From Armatimonadota bacterium (GTDB lineage: Bacteria > Armatimonadota > SYMT01), in contig JAWLHY010000005.1 of assembly GCA_041690135.1 (NCBI GenBank), forward strand, positions 64,001-128,000: DNA of 64,000 bases, in the 5' to 3' direction. Shown here piece after piece: positions 39,604 to 49,717 of the stretch. Under the pieces are notes generated by a model. That model searched no databases and had not been told where the DNA came from. It saw nothing but the letters and a program-made list of their open reading frames with translations. Both the position numbers and the translations under genes were made by a program. The stretch's first letter is position 1; each line of letters opens with the position of its first letter.

Positions 39604-40857
39604 GTGAGGATAAGAAGAATGCGGTCGCGGGCCTGGTGGGTCATGCTGGGGGCACTTGCCTTGCTTGCGGCAGGAGCGTCTTCCGGCGCGGGAGAAAAGC
39701 CGGTGCTCAAGGTTGGGGCGGCGGCGGTGAAGATCACGCCCTCACTGACCCGCACCGTGTACATCGCGGGTTACAACAACAATCGGCCCGCGGAATCCGT
39801 CCACGACGACCTCTGGGCGCGGGCGCTGGTGTTGGACGATGGCCGGACCCGAATGGCGATGGTGGTTTGCGACCTCGTTGGACTCTCCAATTACCGTGTA
39901 CGGGAGATTCGGAAGCAGATCCGGGCGGTTCCGGCGGATCAGGTCCTGATCGCGACCACCCACGTCCACTCCGGTCCCGATACGCTGGGGCTCTGGGGGC
40001 CCAACAACTTCACCAGCGGGATCGATCCGCTCTACCAATCCCGGCTGGCCGACAAGATCGCCGCCGTGGTGGAGACGGCGGCCCGCGAGGCGCGGCCTGT
40101 CCGGGTGTCCGCGGGAAATGTCGAAGTGCCGGACGGGCTGGTCTACAACAGCCGGGAGGCCATTCAGGACAAGACTCTGACGGCGCTCCGCTTCACCGAT
40201 GAGGCCGGACAGACGGTAGCCACGACGGTTCACTACGGAGGCCATCCGGAGGTCAACAAGAGCAACGCCCTCACCTCCGATTTCGTTCATTACGTGCGGG
40301 AAGCGGTGGAGCGACGTTATGGTGGCGTGTCCCTCTTCCTGAACGGAGCGCTTGGGGGGATGGTCACCCCCAAGGTGAAGGATCATAGTCTGGAGGAGAT
40401 GGAGCGGGTGGGCGTGGGAGTGGGCGCCGCCGCCGTGGCCGCGCTGGAGCAGGCCCGGCCGGTGGAAACAGACGGCCTGAAGTTGGAGCGCCGCACAGTG
40501 AAGTTGCCCCTGGAAAACCTCCAGTTCCAGGTGGCGGCGGGAGCGCGTATTCTCGATTCCGGTCCCCTCACCGGACGGGAACTGCAAAGCGAGGTCTGGC
40601 GGATCGACCTGGGACCCATCTCCTGGATCACGATTCCCGGCGAGGTGCTGCCCCGCCCCGCCCTGGCCCTCAAGGAAAAGGTGCCGGGCAAGTATCGGAT
40701 GGTCCTTTCCATGGCCAACGATGAAATCGGGTATATCCTCGACCCGGCGGACTTCGAGCGCGGCCTTTACAAGTACGAGAAGAGCATGTCGATCGGGCCG
40801 AAGACCTGGCCGCTGCTCTGGGAAGTCGCGACCGGACTGCTGGAGAGCAAAGAATGA
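39604..40857 (+). CDS. Secreted neutral/alkaline ceramidase-like hydrolase
   Basis: Signal peptide, GAAAVKITP, VHDDLWARALVL, TTHVHSGPD, IPGEV; start may be 39619. Confidence 0.8.
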   Translation: MRIRRMRSRAWWVMLGALALLAAGASSGAGEKPVLKVGAAAVKITPSLTRTVYIAGYNNNRPAESVHDDLWARALVLDDGRTRMAMVVCDLVGLSNYRVREIRKQIRAVPADQVLIATTHVHSGPDTLGLWGPNNFTSGIDPLYQSRLADKIAAVVETAAREARPVRVSAGNVEVPDGLVYNSREAIQDKTLTALRFTDEAGQTVATTVHYGGHPEVNKSNALTSDFVHYVREAVERRYGGVSLFLNGALGGMVTPKVKDHSLEEMERVGVGVGAAAVAALEQARPVETDGLKLERRTVKLPLENLQFQVAAGARILDSGPLTGRELQSEVWRIDLGPISWITIPGEVLPRPALALKEKVPGKYRMVLSMANDEIGYILDPADFERGLYKYEKSMSIGPKTWPLLWEVATGLLESKE

Positions 40858-40864
40858 GGGCGGG

Positions 40865-41692
40865 ATGAACGGACTGGCGCAGCGACTACAGTTCCGGCTG
40901 GTGGGGGGAGCGGTTTCGGCCCTGGTCGCCCTGGGGGTGACTTCCGGGTGTGGCAAGACCCAGGCCAAGGCCCCGGAGAAGAAACCGGCCGGCAAGAAGG
41001 CCGAAAAGCCAGTGGGTGAGTTCCGCCTGGATGAGGCGGAGGTGCCGTTGGATATCGCGATCGTCCGGCCGTCGCGATTCTACGTCCAGTTCGCTGACGC
41101 CTTCATTCTCTGGCACTTCGATCAGCGTTGGAAGAAGATCTCGCCTCCCGTGGAGTTCTTGATCAAGGGAAACAAGAACAGGGTGGATACCGAGTTCACG
41201 AAGGTAAAAGGACACACGGTCGGGGTGCAGCGGACCGGCGACAAGCCCTGGGACCTCATCGGCTGGGGCCTGCATGGCGCCCTGTACCACAACGACGACG
41301 TCGGTTGCCAGGTCTACACCGACCCTAAGGGCCGGGCGCGCCTCATCATGCTGTTGAGCCGCACCTATGGCTGCGACACGATGATCCTGTCTTCCGTGAG
41401 CAGCCACCCGGGCGAAGAGTTGAAGCAGAACCTGGCCCAGGTCCGCACGGGATCCGGGATCGGCCTGGGAGATTCCCGGCAAAAGATCGAACGGACGCTG
41501 GGTAAGCCTTCGGTCGTCTATCCCTTCCGAGATTCGCAGGTACTGTGGTACCTGGGTAAGCCGGAAGCGATCGCGGGAATCGAGCAATTGGACCAGGAGA
41601 ACCACCAGGGGTACGCCTCTGCCTACCTGTTGAAGCAGAACGAGGTGGTGGAGATCCTGCTGCACTTCTGGTCGGATGAGACGGCCGCGTGA
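40865..41692 (+). CDS. Hypothetical lipoprotein
   Basis: ATG 7 nt after the previous stop, lipobox-like VTSGC, GTGA overlap with lipB. Confidence 0.7.
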   Translation: MNGLAQRLQFRLVGGAVSALVALGVTSGCGKTQAKAPEKKPAGKKAEKPVGEFRLDEAEVPLDIAIVRPSRFYVQFADAFILWHFDQRWKKISPPVEFLIKGNKNRVDTEFTKVKGHTVGVQRTGDKPWDLIGWGLHGALYHNDDVGCQVYTDPKGRARLIMLLSRTYGCDTMILSSVSSHPGEELKQNLAQVRTGSGIGLGDSRQKIERTLGKPSVVYPFRDSQVLWYLGKPEAIAGIEQLDQENHQGYASAYLLKQNEVVEILLHFWSDETAA

Positions 41693-42354
41693 AACCGTTG
41701 TGGGTCGTGCAGGCGGGGATTGTCCCCTACGATGAAGGGGTCGCTCTCCAGGAGCGTATCCGTGCGGCGCGCCAGGAAGGCCGCATCCCCGACGTGCTCC
41801 TGCTCCTGGAGCATCCGCCGGTCATTACCCTGGGCCGCGGGGCTCGGGCGGAAAACCTCGTCGCCAGTCCCGAGTTGCTGGCGGCCCGCGGCGTGGAGGT
41901 GCGGGAGACGGCGCGTGGCGGCGACGTCACTTATCACGGTCCGGGCCAACTCGTGGGCTACCCCATCTTCGACCTGAACGACCACGGTCGCGACGTCCAC
42001 CGGTATCTCCGATCCGTCGAGGAGTCGCTCATCCGCGCTCTGGCCGGTTACGGTATCCAGGGTGGGCGCATTCCCGGGCTTACGGGCGTGTGGGTCGGCA
42101 ACGAAAAGGTGGCGGCCATCGGGATCGGGGTCCGGCACTGGGTCACCTGGCACGGTTTCGCGTTGAACCTCTCCACTCACCTCGACGCCTTCCAGCTCAT
42201 CGTCCCATGCGGCATCCGCGACCGTGGAGTCACGTCGCTGGAGCGGCTACTTGAGCGCATCGTGGACCCGGCTGAAGCCACTCAAGCGGTGGTCGGGGGC
42301 TTCGCAGAGGTTTTTGGACTGAAGCCGCAGGAGACAGCACTCCCTGACCTCTGA
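41689..42354 (+). CDS. lipB: Lipoyl(octanoyl) transferase
   Basis: LLEHPPVITLG, RGGDVTYHGPGQLVGYP, KVAAIG, HGFALN, IVPCGI. Confidence 0.96.
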   Translation: MKPLWVVQAGIVPYDEGVALQERIRAARQEGRIPDVLLLLEHPPVITLGRGARAENLVASPELLAARGVEVRETARGGDVTYHGPGQLVGYPIFDLNDHGRDVHRYLRSVEESLIRALAGYGIQGGRIPGLTGVWVGNEKVAAIGIGVRHWVTWHGFALNLSTHLDAFQLIVPCGIRDRGVTSLERLLERIVDPAEATQAVVGGFAEVFGLKPQETALPDL

Positions 42355-42386
42355 CATGGGTGATGTGTTCTATCAAGAGTCAAAGT

Positions 42387-42424
42387 AAGCGAGCAGCCTC
42401 AACGGCTGCTCGCTTTTGTTTTTA
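42387..42424. terminator. Intrinsic, probably bidirectional terminator
   Basis: 12-bp stem aagcgagcagcc / ggctgctcgctt followed by a T-rich tract, between convergent genes. Confidence 0.85.
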
Positions 42425-42452
42425 CAGTGTTACTGCCGGACGATGGTCCCGC

Positions 42453-43136
42453 TTACGGCCAAACGGCTCTTCCGGCAGGCGGCGGCATGATCGCAGCCTT
42501 GAGAGCACGGTTCTTGACCGCCTTAGCGTGCCCGTCCGCCCATAGGACGTTGATGATGTCATTATGCGGTCCGTTGCGGTAGTCCCCATTAGCGATGGTA
42601 TCGAATGAGCCGCTATCGTTCGGGGTGGACGTACTCCAGTAGGGGCGGAATACGACCTGGTTGCGGTTCTGCTTGCCGAGGTCGTCGTAACACATCACCG
42701 TGTCCGCGGGAGCGGTCAGTGCGGCCATCGGCTGTCCCGTCCCACTGCTGGTGATGAAGACCGGGCCATTCGCCCAGTACCCCAGCATCTGGTCGGCGGG
42801 AGTGGCAGTCGGTGAGCTGCTGGGGCACTGGAAGATCTTGGTGTTCTTGATGTAGGGCTGGACCCGGCCCGCCCAATGGAAGAGGTCCGTCGCCGGGCTC
42901 GCCATCGTCGCCGTGCTGCCGTTTCTGGCGTAGGCGTCGAACGGATAGACCTCGTCGTAGTCCTGGTTGTAAGCCATCACCGCGATACCAATCTGCTTGA
43001 GATTATTGATGCAGGCGGTCTTACGGGCGGCTTCTCGCGCCTTGGCAAAGACGGGGAACAAGATAGCAGCAAGAATAGCGATAATGGCTATCACCACGAG
43101 AAGCTCGATCAGGGTGAAGCCTTTGCGTCGGCTCAT
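42453..43136 (-). CDS. Prepilin-type N-terminal cleavage/methylation DUF1559 protein with H-X9-DG motif
   Basis: [25 protein letters not shown]...CINNLKQIG; [13 protein letters not shown]; GAAGGAG RBS before 43136. Confidence 0.92.
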   Translation of the reverse strand: MSRRKGFTLIELLVVIAIIAILAAILFPVFAKAREAARKTACINNLKQIGIAVMAYNQDYDEVYPFDAYARNGSTATMASPATDLFHWAGRVQPYIKNTKIFQCPSSSPTATPADQMLGYWANGPVFITSSGTGQPMAALTAPADTVMCYDDLGKQNRNQVVFRPYWSTSTPNDSGSFDTIANGDYRNGPHNDIINVLWADGHAKAVKNRALKAAIMPPPAGRAVWP

Positions 43137-43391
43137 AGGGCGCTCCTTCGCGTCTAACAGGATCTGGATAATTGCGGCGTGCAATGCGAGAGCAGGTCTC
43201 GTCGGCATACCGGAGTATCCCGCCTCCCATGTGGCTCGTTGTTGTGAGGCCTCAGTTCCGCTCTCATCCGGGCCATCAAGCACATCCCCGCATGTGACGG
43301 AACGGGGACATGTTAAGCCCGGCGTTAGCTGAACTGAAGGTGCGACAACTGCGATTTCGAGTGCACGGAAGGTTTGGTGATACGTAAAGGC

Positions 43392-43421
43392 ATTATGTCG
43401 TGACGTGGAGGCGAGCGTCAA
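43392..43421 (-). promoter_or_regulatory. Sigma70-type promoter for the DUF1559 gene
   Basis: Minus strand TTGACG, 18-nt spacer, CATAAT; implies a ~250-nt leader. Confidence 0.5.
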
Positions 43422-43577
43422 GAAATCTCTGGATTTCCTTAGTATCTTACCACGAGCGTTAGCTGATGCCGAAGAATGCCGGCGAGGGAGTGTCCGCGGC
43501 TTCGCGCGCAGACAGAGAAGGAGCAGGGCCGACAAAGCTGGCCCTGCTCCTCAATGGGATTAGGCGGGAATTCCGTT

Positions 43578-44615
43578 CTATCCGGCGCTGGGAACCCCGA
43601 TTCCGGGGCTGCCGCCCAGCCCCACCATCTGCTGAGTGGCGGCTTCGCGGCGGGCGAGGGCGTCGAGGAAGATCTCGACGAGCTGGGGATCCCACTGCGC
43701 CCCGGCACCCTTGCGGAGATTCTCCTGGGCCTCGGCGGAAGTGAGCGCCGGCCTGTACGGGCGCGGCGACATCATGGCATCGTAGGCGTCGGCAATCGAC
43801 ATGATGCGCGCCAGCAACGGAATCTGCTCGCCCACCAATCCGTCGGGGTAGCCCTTTCCATCCCAGCGCTCCTGGTGGTGGCGGATAATCGGCAGGAGGT
43901 CTTCCGCACAGCGCAGCGGCCCGCAGATCCGCTCGCCGACTTCCGGGTGGAGCTTGATCTCGTTGTACTCCTCCGAGGAAAGGCCGCCGGCTTTGAGCAG
44001 GATCTCCTCGCGGACGGCGATCTTCCCGATGTCGTGGAGGATGGCGCCCTTGCGCAGGATTTCCAGGTCCTCGTCGGCCAGTCCGAGGGCGCGTCCCAGG
44101 AGACAGGCATGGTCCGCCAGGCGCTGGGAGTCGCTACCTGCCTGGGCGACCTTGCCCTCCAGCATGCGGGCGAGCCCGAAGATCACGTTCTCGGTGGTTT
44201 CCACCTGATCGTTGAGGCGGCGGACGCGCACCAGCGACTTCACCCGCGCGAGCAGCTCCAGCTTGTTCACGGGGCGGCTCAGGAAATCTTCGGCGCCGAC
44301 CTCCAGACCGCGGATCTTTTCATCCTGGGCCGAGGGAGACACCACCATCATCACGGGGATGTTGCGCGTGGTGGGGTGCGTTTTTACCCGCTCGCACAAC
44401 TGATAGGCATTAAGACGTGGGATCCCCACGTCCAGGATCGCGAGCTCGGGGTCGTCCCGACGAATCAGCCGGAGAGCTTCCTCTCCGTCGAGCGCAATCA
44501 GCACCGTATGGCCGACGGCCTCCAGGTAATCGGCGATCTGCCGGGCCGTCGGCTCGTGGCGCTCCGCCACCAGGATCCGCGCGCCGGGATTCAGGCCCAG
44601 ATCGTCGCTGGTCAT
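43578..44615 (-). CDS. REC + HD-GYP protein (RpfG-like, degenerate motifs)
   Basis: Receiver fold, then LHDIGK, HHQERWDGKGYP, IADAYDAM; GGAGG RBS before 44615. Confidence 0.9.
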   Translation of the reverse strand: MTSDDLGLNPGARILVAERHEPTARQIADYLEAVGHTVLIALDGEEALRLIRRDDPELAILDVGIPRLNAYQLCERVKTHPTTRNIPVMMVVSPSAQDEKIRGLEVGAEDFLSRPVNKLELLARVKSLVRVRRLNDQVETTENVIFGLARMLEGKVAQAGSDSQRLADHACLLGRALGLADEDLEILRKGAILHDIGKIAVREEILLKAGGLSSEEYNEIKLHPEVGERICGPLRCAEDLLPIIRHHQERWDGKGYPDGLVGEQIPLLARIMSIADAYDAMMSPRPYRPALTSAEAQENLRKGAGAQWDPQLVEIFLDALARREAATQQMVGLGGSPGIGVPSAG

Positions 44616-44732
44616 ACCACCATCCTCCTTACAAAATCTTCGCCACCTGGGGGTAGCACACCTGTTATCGGCACCCATTCCAGCGGCCTGCAGGGCAGAA
44701 GGAGATTGAGAAAACCGGGTGGCGGTAAGGGT

Positions 44733-45791
44733 TTAGGAGTGTGGCAAAGGCTCCGGAATTACGGCGGCCTTAAGGGGGCCGCCGCCCCGGACGAGGTGGG
44801 GTAAGGCTTCGGCAAACTCGGCCAGTGAGATCTCACGTTGTACCAGGGTCTGCCATGGGATACGCTCGGCAGCGAGCAGGTCGAGCGCCGTGCGGATGGC
44901 TCGCGGGGTGTGGTGGAACGAGCCCAGCACGGTGAGCGCGTCGTAGTGAAGCCTTCCGGTGTCGATGGAGATCGCGGTCCCGGCGGGACAGCCGCCGAAA
45001 AGGTTTACCGTCCCGCCCTTGCGGACGAGGCGGAGGGCCTGCTCCCAGGCCTCGGGGCGGCCGACGGCCTCGATGACGCGGTCCGCGCCGCGACCGTAGG
45101 TGCGGGCGCGGACCCAGGCGGACAGGTCCGTCTCGACTTCCACGTCCACGGTTTCGGCGGCCCCCATCGCTCGCGCGGCTTCCAGGCGAGCCAGTCGGCG
45201 CCCCAGGACGAAGACCTCCGCGCCGCGGAGCGCGGCACAGCGGGCGAGCAGGAGCCCGAGGGGGCCGGCCCCCAGGATCACCACGCTCTCCCCCTCCCGT
45301 ACCCCCGTCTCTTCAACGCCGTGCACGGCGCAGGCGAGTGGTTCCACCAGTGCGGCGGCCGCGAGCGGCAGGGTGTCGGGCACGCGGAGCAGGTTCTTCC
45401 GGACGATGCGTGCGGGCACGGTAATGAACTCCGCGTAAGCGCCGTTGAGAAAGAGGAGATCTTCGCACAGTTCCTCGCGGCTGTTCTCGCAAAAGAAGCA
45501 ATCACCGCAGGGGGCGGAGTTCGCGGCTACTACCCGGTCGCCGACCTGCCAGCCGTCCACCTCCGGTCCCACGGCGTCGATCGTGCCGGCGAACTCGTGA
45601 CCGAAGATCGCCGGCGGGACGATCATCCGCGCATGATAGCCCCGCCGGAAGACCTTGAGATCGGTGCCGCAGGTGAGGGCCGTGGCGATGCGGACCCGCA
45701 CCTCGCCCGGGCCGACACCGGGGACCGGGACCTGTTCCAGGCGCGCGTCTTCCTTTCCGTGGAGCACCACGGCCTGCATCGTGGCGCTCAT
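44733..45791 (-). CDS. Zn-dependent MDR alcohol/polyol dehydrogenase
   Basis: CGTD, GHE, CxxCxxC-x7-C, GAGPLG. Confidence 0.9.
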   Translation of the reverse strand: MSATMQAVVLHGKEDARLEQVPVPGVGPGEVRVRIATALTCGTDLKVFRRGYHARMIVPPAIFGHEFAGTIDAVGPEVDGWQVGDRVVAANSAPCGDCFFCENSREELCEDLLFLNGAYAEFITVPARIVRKNLLRVPDTLPLAAAALVEPLACAVHGVEETGVREGESVVILGAGPLGLLLARCAALRGAEVFVLGRRLARLEAARAMGAAETVDVEVETDLSAWVRARTYGRGADRVIEAVGRPEAWEQALRLVRKGGTVNLFGGCPAGTAISIDTGRLHYDALTVLGSFHHTPRAIRTALDLLAAERIPWQTLVQREISLAEFAEALPHLVRGGGPLKAAVIPEPLPHS

Positions 45792-46834
45792 GGCTGGACC
45801 ACCACCTTGAGGGTCTCGGCCCGCGGATGGGAGGCGGTTTCCAGGGCCTCGTCGATCGCTTCAAGCGGGAAGCGGTGGCTGACGAGCGGCGCCGTGGCGA
45901 CGCGGTCCGAGAACACCAGGTCGGCAACGGTCTCCTGAAGATCGATATCGGCGCTGTAGGAGCCGAGCAGTGCCTTCTCCTGCGCGCAGACCTGTCCGGC
46001 GTCGACGCTCATCATGTCTCCCATGCGCGTTTGGGCAAACAGGAGCACCCGGCCCCCCGGCCGGACCGCGCGGAGCGCCGGCTCCACCACCGCCGTGCTG
46101 GCGACGGCGACCACGGCCAGGTCTGCGCCGCGACCGTCCGTCCTCTCGCGGCAAACAGTCTCCAGGCTCTCTGAGGTGGGGTCCAGGGGCACGGCTCCGA
46201 ACCCGGACGCGATCTCCCGCCGGAAAGGAAGCAGGTCCGTGCCGATCACTTCGAGGCCGCGGTCGCGCAGGAGTTGGGTGAAGAGCAGGCCGATCGGTCC
46301 CTGGCCGATGACCGCTGCCAGCTCGCCCGGCTCCGCCCGGGCCACCTCTACGCCCTTGAGGACGGTATTCAGGGGCTCTAGGAAGCTGGCTTCTTCGAAT
46401 GAGACATGGTCCGGGATACGCACGATGCCTCGGCGGACGAACGGCAGCACGCGCACGTACTCGGCGAATCCTCCCCCCGCCGGCTCAAAGCCCGCCGTGA
46501 CGCCGGTCTGCTTGTAAACCGGGCAGTTGGCATAGAGGCGACGCCGGCAGTAAAAGCAGTCGCCGCAGGGGACGTGGTGATGGACGACGACCCGCTCCCC
46601 CACCCTCCACTCGGCTTCGGCGGGCCCCACGGCGGCCACGGTGCCTGCCGTTTCGTGGCCGAAGACACGGGGTGCCTCTACAAGACCCAGGTGGATCTTC
46701 TTGAGGTCCGTCCCGCACACCCCGCAGGTGTGCACCCGAACGAGGAGCTCCCCCTCCCCAATCTCGGGGATCGGAAGCTCCTCGACCCGGACGTCGTTCC
46801 GGCCTCGATAGACGGCGGCTCGCATCCTCTCCAC
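45788..46834 (-). CDS. Zn-dependent MDR alcohol/polyol dehydrogenase
   Basis: GVCGTD, GHE, CGDCFYC...C, GQGPIG; 4-nt overlap with the downstream paralog. Confidence 0.9.
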   Translation of the reverse strand: MERMRAAVYRGRNDVRVEELPIPEIGEGELLVRVHTCGVCGTDLKKIHLGLVEAPRVFGHETAGTVAAVGPAEAEWRVGERVVVHHHVPCGDCFYCRRRLYANCPVYKQTGVTAGFEPAGGGFAEYVRVLPFVRRGIVRIPDHVSFEEASFLEPLNTVLKGVEVARAEPGELAAVIGQGPIGLLFTQLLRDRGLEVIGTDLLPFRREIASGFGAVPLDPTSESLETVCRERTDGRGADLAVVAVASTAVVEPALRAVRPGGRVLLFAQTRMGDMMSVDAGQVCAQEKALLGSYSADIDLQETVADLVFSDRVATAPLVSHRFPLEAIDEALETASHPRAETLKVVVQP

Positions 46835-46845
46835 CGGGCCCTCCC

Positions 46846-48117
46846 CTACTTCGGGCGGAGTTCGGTGATCCCCGGAAGATAAGGCTGGAGCACCTCGGGA
46901 ATCTTCACGCTGCCGTCGGCCTGTTGGTACGTCTCGAGCAGCGGGATCAGGATACGGGGGCTGGCGACGGCCGTGTTGTTGAGGGTCACGCAGAACCGGA
47001 GCTTCCCTTCGGCATCCCGGTAGCGGATGTTCAGGCGGCGGGCCTGGAACTCGCCGAGGGTGGAGCAGGAATGGGTCTCCGAATAAGCACTTCGGCTGGG
47101 CATCCAGGTCTCGATCTCGTGCTTCAGCGTCTGGCCCATGCCCATTTCACCGGTGCACGCCAGCGCGACCCGGTACGGGAGACCCAGAGCCTGCAACAGC
47201 GCTTCCACATTTTCCACCAGGCGCTCGTGCTCGGCGCGGACGGCCTCCGGCTCGTTCTGGCAGATGACTACCTGTTCCACCTTCTGGAACTGGTGTACCC
47301 GGTAGAACCCGCGCGTGTCCTTCCCGGCGGCGCCGGCTTCGCGTCGGAAACAGGAGCTCACCCCGCAGTAACGGCGGGGCAACTCGTCGAGCTGCAGGAT
47401 TTCGTCCTGGTGGTACGCGACCAGGGAGACCTCCGAGGTGCCGACCAGGTAGAGCTCATCCTTCTCCAGGGCGTAGGCGTCTTCGCGGCCCAGCGGGAAG
47501 TAGCCCGTGCCGGTCATCGCGGCGTCGCGGACCAACTCCGGAACGATCATCGGACCGTAGCCGCGCTTATACAGGAACTCCGCCGCGAAGCGGAGGACGG
47601 CCATCTGGAGCAGCGCTCCTTCATTTTTGAGGTAGTAGAACCGGCTGCCCGAAACTTTACCGCCCCGACCGAAGTCGGCGAGGTCGAGCGAAGTCGCCAG
47701 GTCCACATGGTCCCTGGGTTCGAAGTCGAACTCGCGCGGCGTGCCCCAACGGCGGACTTCGACATTATCTTCCTCCGTCGCGCCCACGGGAACTTCGGGC
47801 GCCGGAAGGTTGGGGATGGTCAGAAGCAGGTAGTTGAAGCGGTCCTCGGCTTCCTTCAACTCCGGCTCCAGCGCTTCGAGCTTCTCCCGGAGCACGCGCG
47901 CTTCTTCCAGGGCCGCCTCTCGCTCCGAGCCCTGCAGCTTCCCCACGCTCTTGGAAACGGAGTTCCGCTGGCTGCGCAAGTTCTCGACTTCCGTCTTGAG
48001 GGCGCGGATGCGGGCGTCCAGTTCCACCACCGCGTCCACGTCCGCGGGGATACGTTTCCTGCTCGCGGCTTCGCGGAACAGGTCGGGGTTTTCGCGCAAC
48101 AGGCGAAGATCGATCAT
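46846..48117 (-). CDS. serS: Serine--tRNA ligase
   Basis: N-terminal coiled coil, GTSEV, CFRREAG, RVHQFQKVEQ, TLNNT. Confidence 0.97.
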   Translation of the reverse strand: MIDLRLLRENPDLFREAASRKRIPADVDAVVELDARIRALKTEVENLRSQRNSVSKSVGKLQGSEREAALEEARVLREKLEALEPELKEAEDRFNYLLLTIPNLPAPEVPVGATEEDNVEVRRWGTPREFDFEPRDHVDLATSLDLADFGRGGKVSGSRFYYLKNEGALLQMAVLRFAAEFLYKRGYGPMIVPELVRDAAMTGTGYFPLGREDAYALEKDELYLVGTSEVSLVAYHQDEILQLDELPRRYCGVSSCFRREAGAAGKDTRGFYRVHQFQKVEQVVICQNEPEAVRAEHERLVENVEALLQALGLPYRVALACTGEMGMGQTLKHEIETWMPSRSAYSETHSCSTLGEFQARRLNIRYRDAEGKLRFCVTLNNTAVASPRILIPLLETYQQADGSVKIPEVLQPYLPGITELRPK

Positions 48118-48211
48118 CGTTCAGTCCACTCCAGGGAATGTTGGGTCCACCCCTCCCCCCGGGGAAGGGTCTCCCGCCGCGAGAGGTAGGGCGGCCGGGG
48201 CTTCTCAACGC

Positions 48212-49717
48212 TCAATTTATCGCTGTTTGGGGAGTTTGCCCGGTTCGCCGGCACAGGGAGATGAGTGTTCGCAGTGCGCCCGGTAGGTAGGCCGTTGCCA
48301 TTCCCGCCGCCAGCATGTAGCCGCCTTCAGGAAGGTAGTAACGGTGCAGCGGACCCGGGGAGAAAATGAGGGGAAGGAAGAAGGCCAGGCCCCAGGTGAG
48401 TGCAATCCCCAGCAAACGCGGTACCGCGCGCTGCAGGCAGACGATAACCCCCACTGCGAACGCCATCGACTGGCCGTTCTGGAAGAGCAGCCCCAGCGAG
48501 TGGTTGAAGGCGAGCAGCCAGACGTCCAGTGTGGTGAATCCTGCAGGGGGAGCCACTTCCAGCTCGCGGAGGTCCTGGAGACCCATCAAGGTAATCCCGA
48601 TGACTGTAACCGCCGCGGCTGTCAGAACCCGCCACCGGATGCGCACCAGCCCCGCCGGAAGGCCCAGGCGGTCAATCTCCTGTCGGATGTGCGGGCGAAG
48701 CACCCAGAAGAGTGCGAGGGTGATCAGTAGAACGGCTCCGGGAGAGAGCCAGTGACCGCTGGCGAGATAATGAAATGGCCCGAGGATATTCCCCAGAGTG
48801 CGTGCCCCGGCCGCCTTGTTCGAGCCGTAGGTGTAACCGACGCCCCCGATCGCCATGCTGCGGAATACCAGAAAGATGACCCCGACCGCGCCTATTCCGA
48901 CGACGCGTCGAAGGGCCGCACCATGTTTCCAGAGGCGGACATCCGGCTCCAGCGCGAGGCAAACGGCCGGCAGGGGGACAGCTATCTCTTTGAACCCACA
49001 GGCAATCAGGTACAGTCCAACTGCCCGCGCCAGCGCGAACCTGCGGCCCTCAATGGCGTCGAGATAGCTCCAGAGTGCGAGTAGTGAGAAGAAGGCTGCG
49101 GCGGAGTCGGGCTGATTCTTCCAGGACCCGAAAACAGGCGCGGACACTGCGGTACGCTCGCTGCCAGGCAGCCCGTGGAAAAAGCACGCAGCCATCACGC
49201 CGGCCAGCACTGGCCACGGAACCTGAAACCGGACCGCCAGACGACAGGCTAGGGCGGCGAACGCCAGGGAGGCGAGCAGGTGCAACGTGAGGGTAGGGTA
49301 TCCGTAAAGGAGTTCGTGGTCGCCGAAAGCCTTCCACTCGAACCAGAAGAGATAGGAAGTGAGCGGACGGTAGAACGGCACCTGGCCGACCCAGGTCCCT
49401 ACCAGCCAGGCCAACGTATCCTCGAAGTTCGGGGCCTGCCGCAACCCGTCCATGATCAGGCCCGTGTCGATGTCGGTCGTGAGCCAACTGGGCGCTCTCG
49501 GAGGCGTGGATCGGATCGTGCGGATGGAAAGGACGAACCACGGTAACAGGAGAGCGAGGGTGAACAGCACCGCGGCTCCGGGTGAATATTGCCAGGCACG
49601 CTTCTTTTCGTCCCTTCCCCCTTCCACTTCCGTCGGAGGGGCGCCCGCCGGAGCTGAATTGGATGTCGGGCAGTCTTCTTCCGCAGGTGAGTGATCGTTC
49701 ACGGCGCTGATCTCCAT
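48212..49717 (-). CDS. Polytopic membrane protein, putative GT-C glycosyltransferase
   Basis: Many TM helices, FYRPL...AFG...LHL loop motif, FKE motif, late RYYLP. Confidence 0.65.
   Translation of the reverse strand: MEISAVNDHSPAEEDCPTSNSAPAGAPPTEVEGGRDEKKRAWQYSPGAAVLFTLALLLPWFVLSIRTIRSTPPRAPSWLTTDIDTGLIMDGLRQAPNFEDTLAWLVGTWVGQVPFYRPLTSYLFWFEWKAFGDHELLYGYPTLTLHLLASLAFAALACRLAVRFQVPWPVLAGVMAACFFHGLPGSERTAVSAPVFGSWKNQPDSAAAFFSLLALWSYLDAIEGRRFALARAVGLYLIACGFKEIAVPLPAVCLALEPDVRLWKHGAALRRVVGIGAVGVIFLVFRSMAIGGVGYTYGSNKAAGARTLGNILGPFHYLASGHWLSPGAVLLITLALFWVLRPHIRQEIDRLGLPAGLVRIRWRVLTAAAVTVIGITLMGLQDLRELEVAPPAGFTTLDVWLLAFNHSLGLLFQNGQSMAFAVGVIVCLQRAVPRLLGIALTWGLAFFLPLIFSPGPLHRYYLPEGGYMLAAGMATAYLPGALRTLISLCRRTGQTPQTAIN

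Noticed and set aside
43137-43535. N-terminal extension of the DUF1559 ORF
   Set aside because: The prepilin motif must be N-terminal; the RBS precedes 43136 and a promoter lies inside the extension
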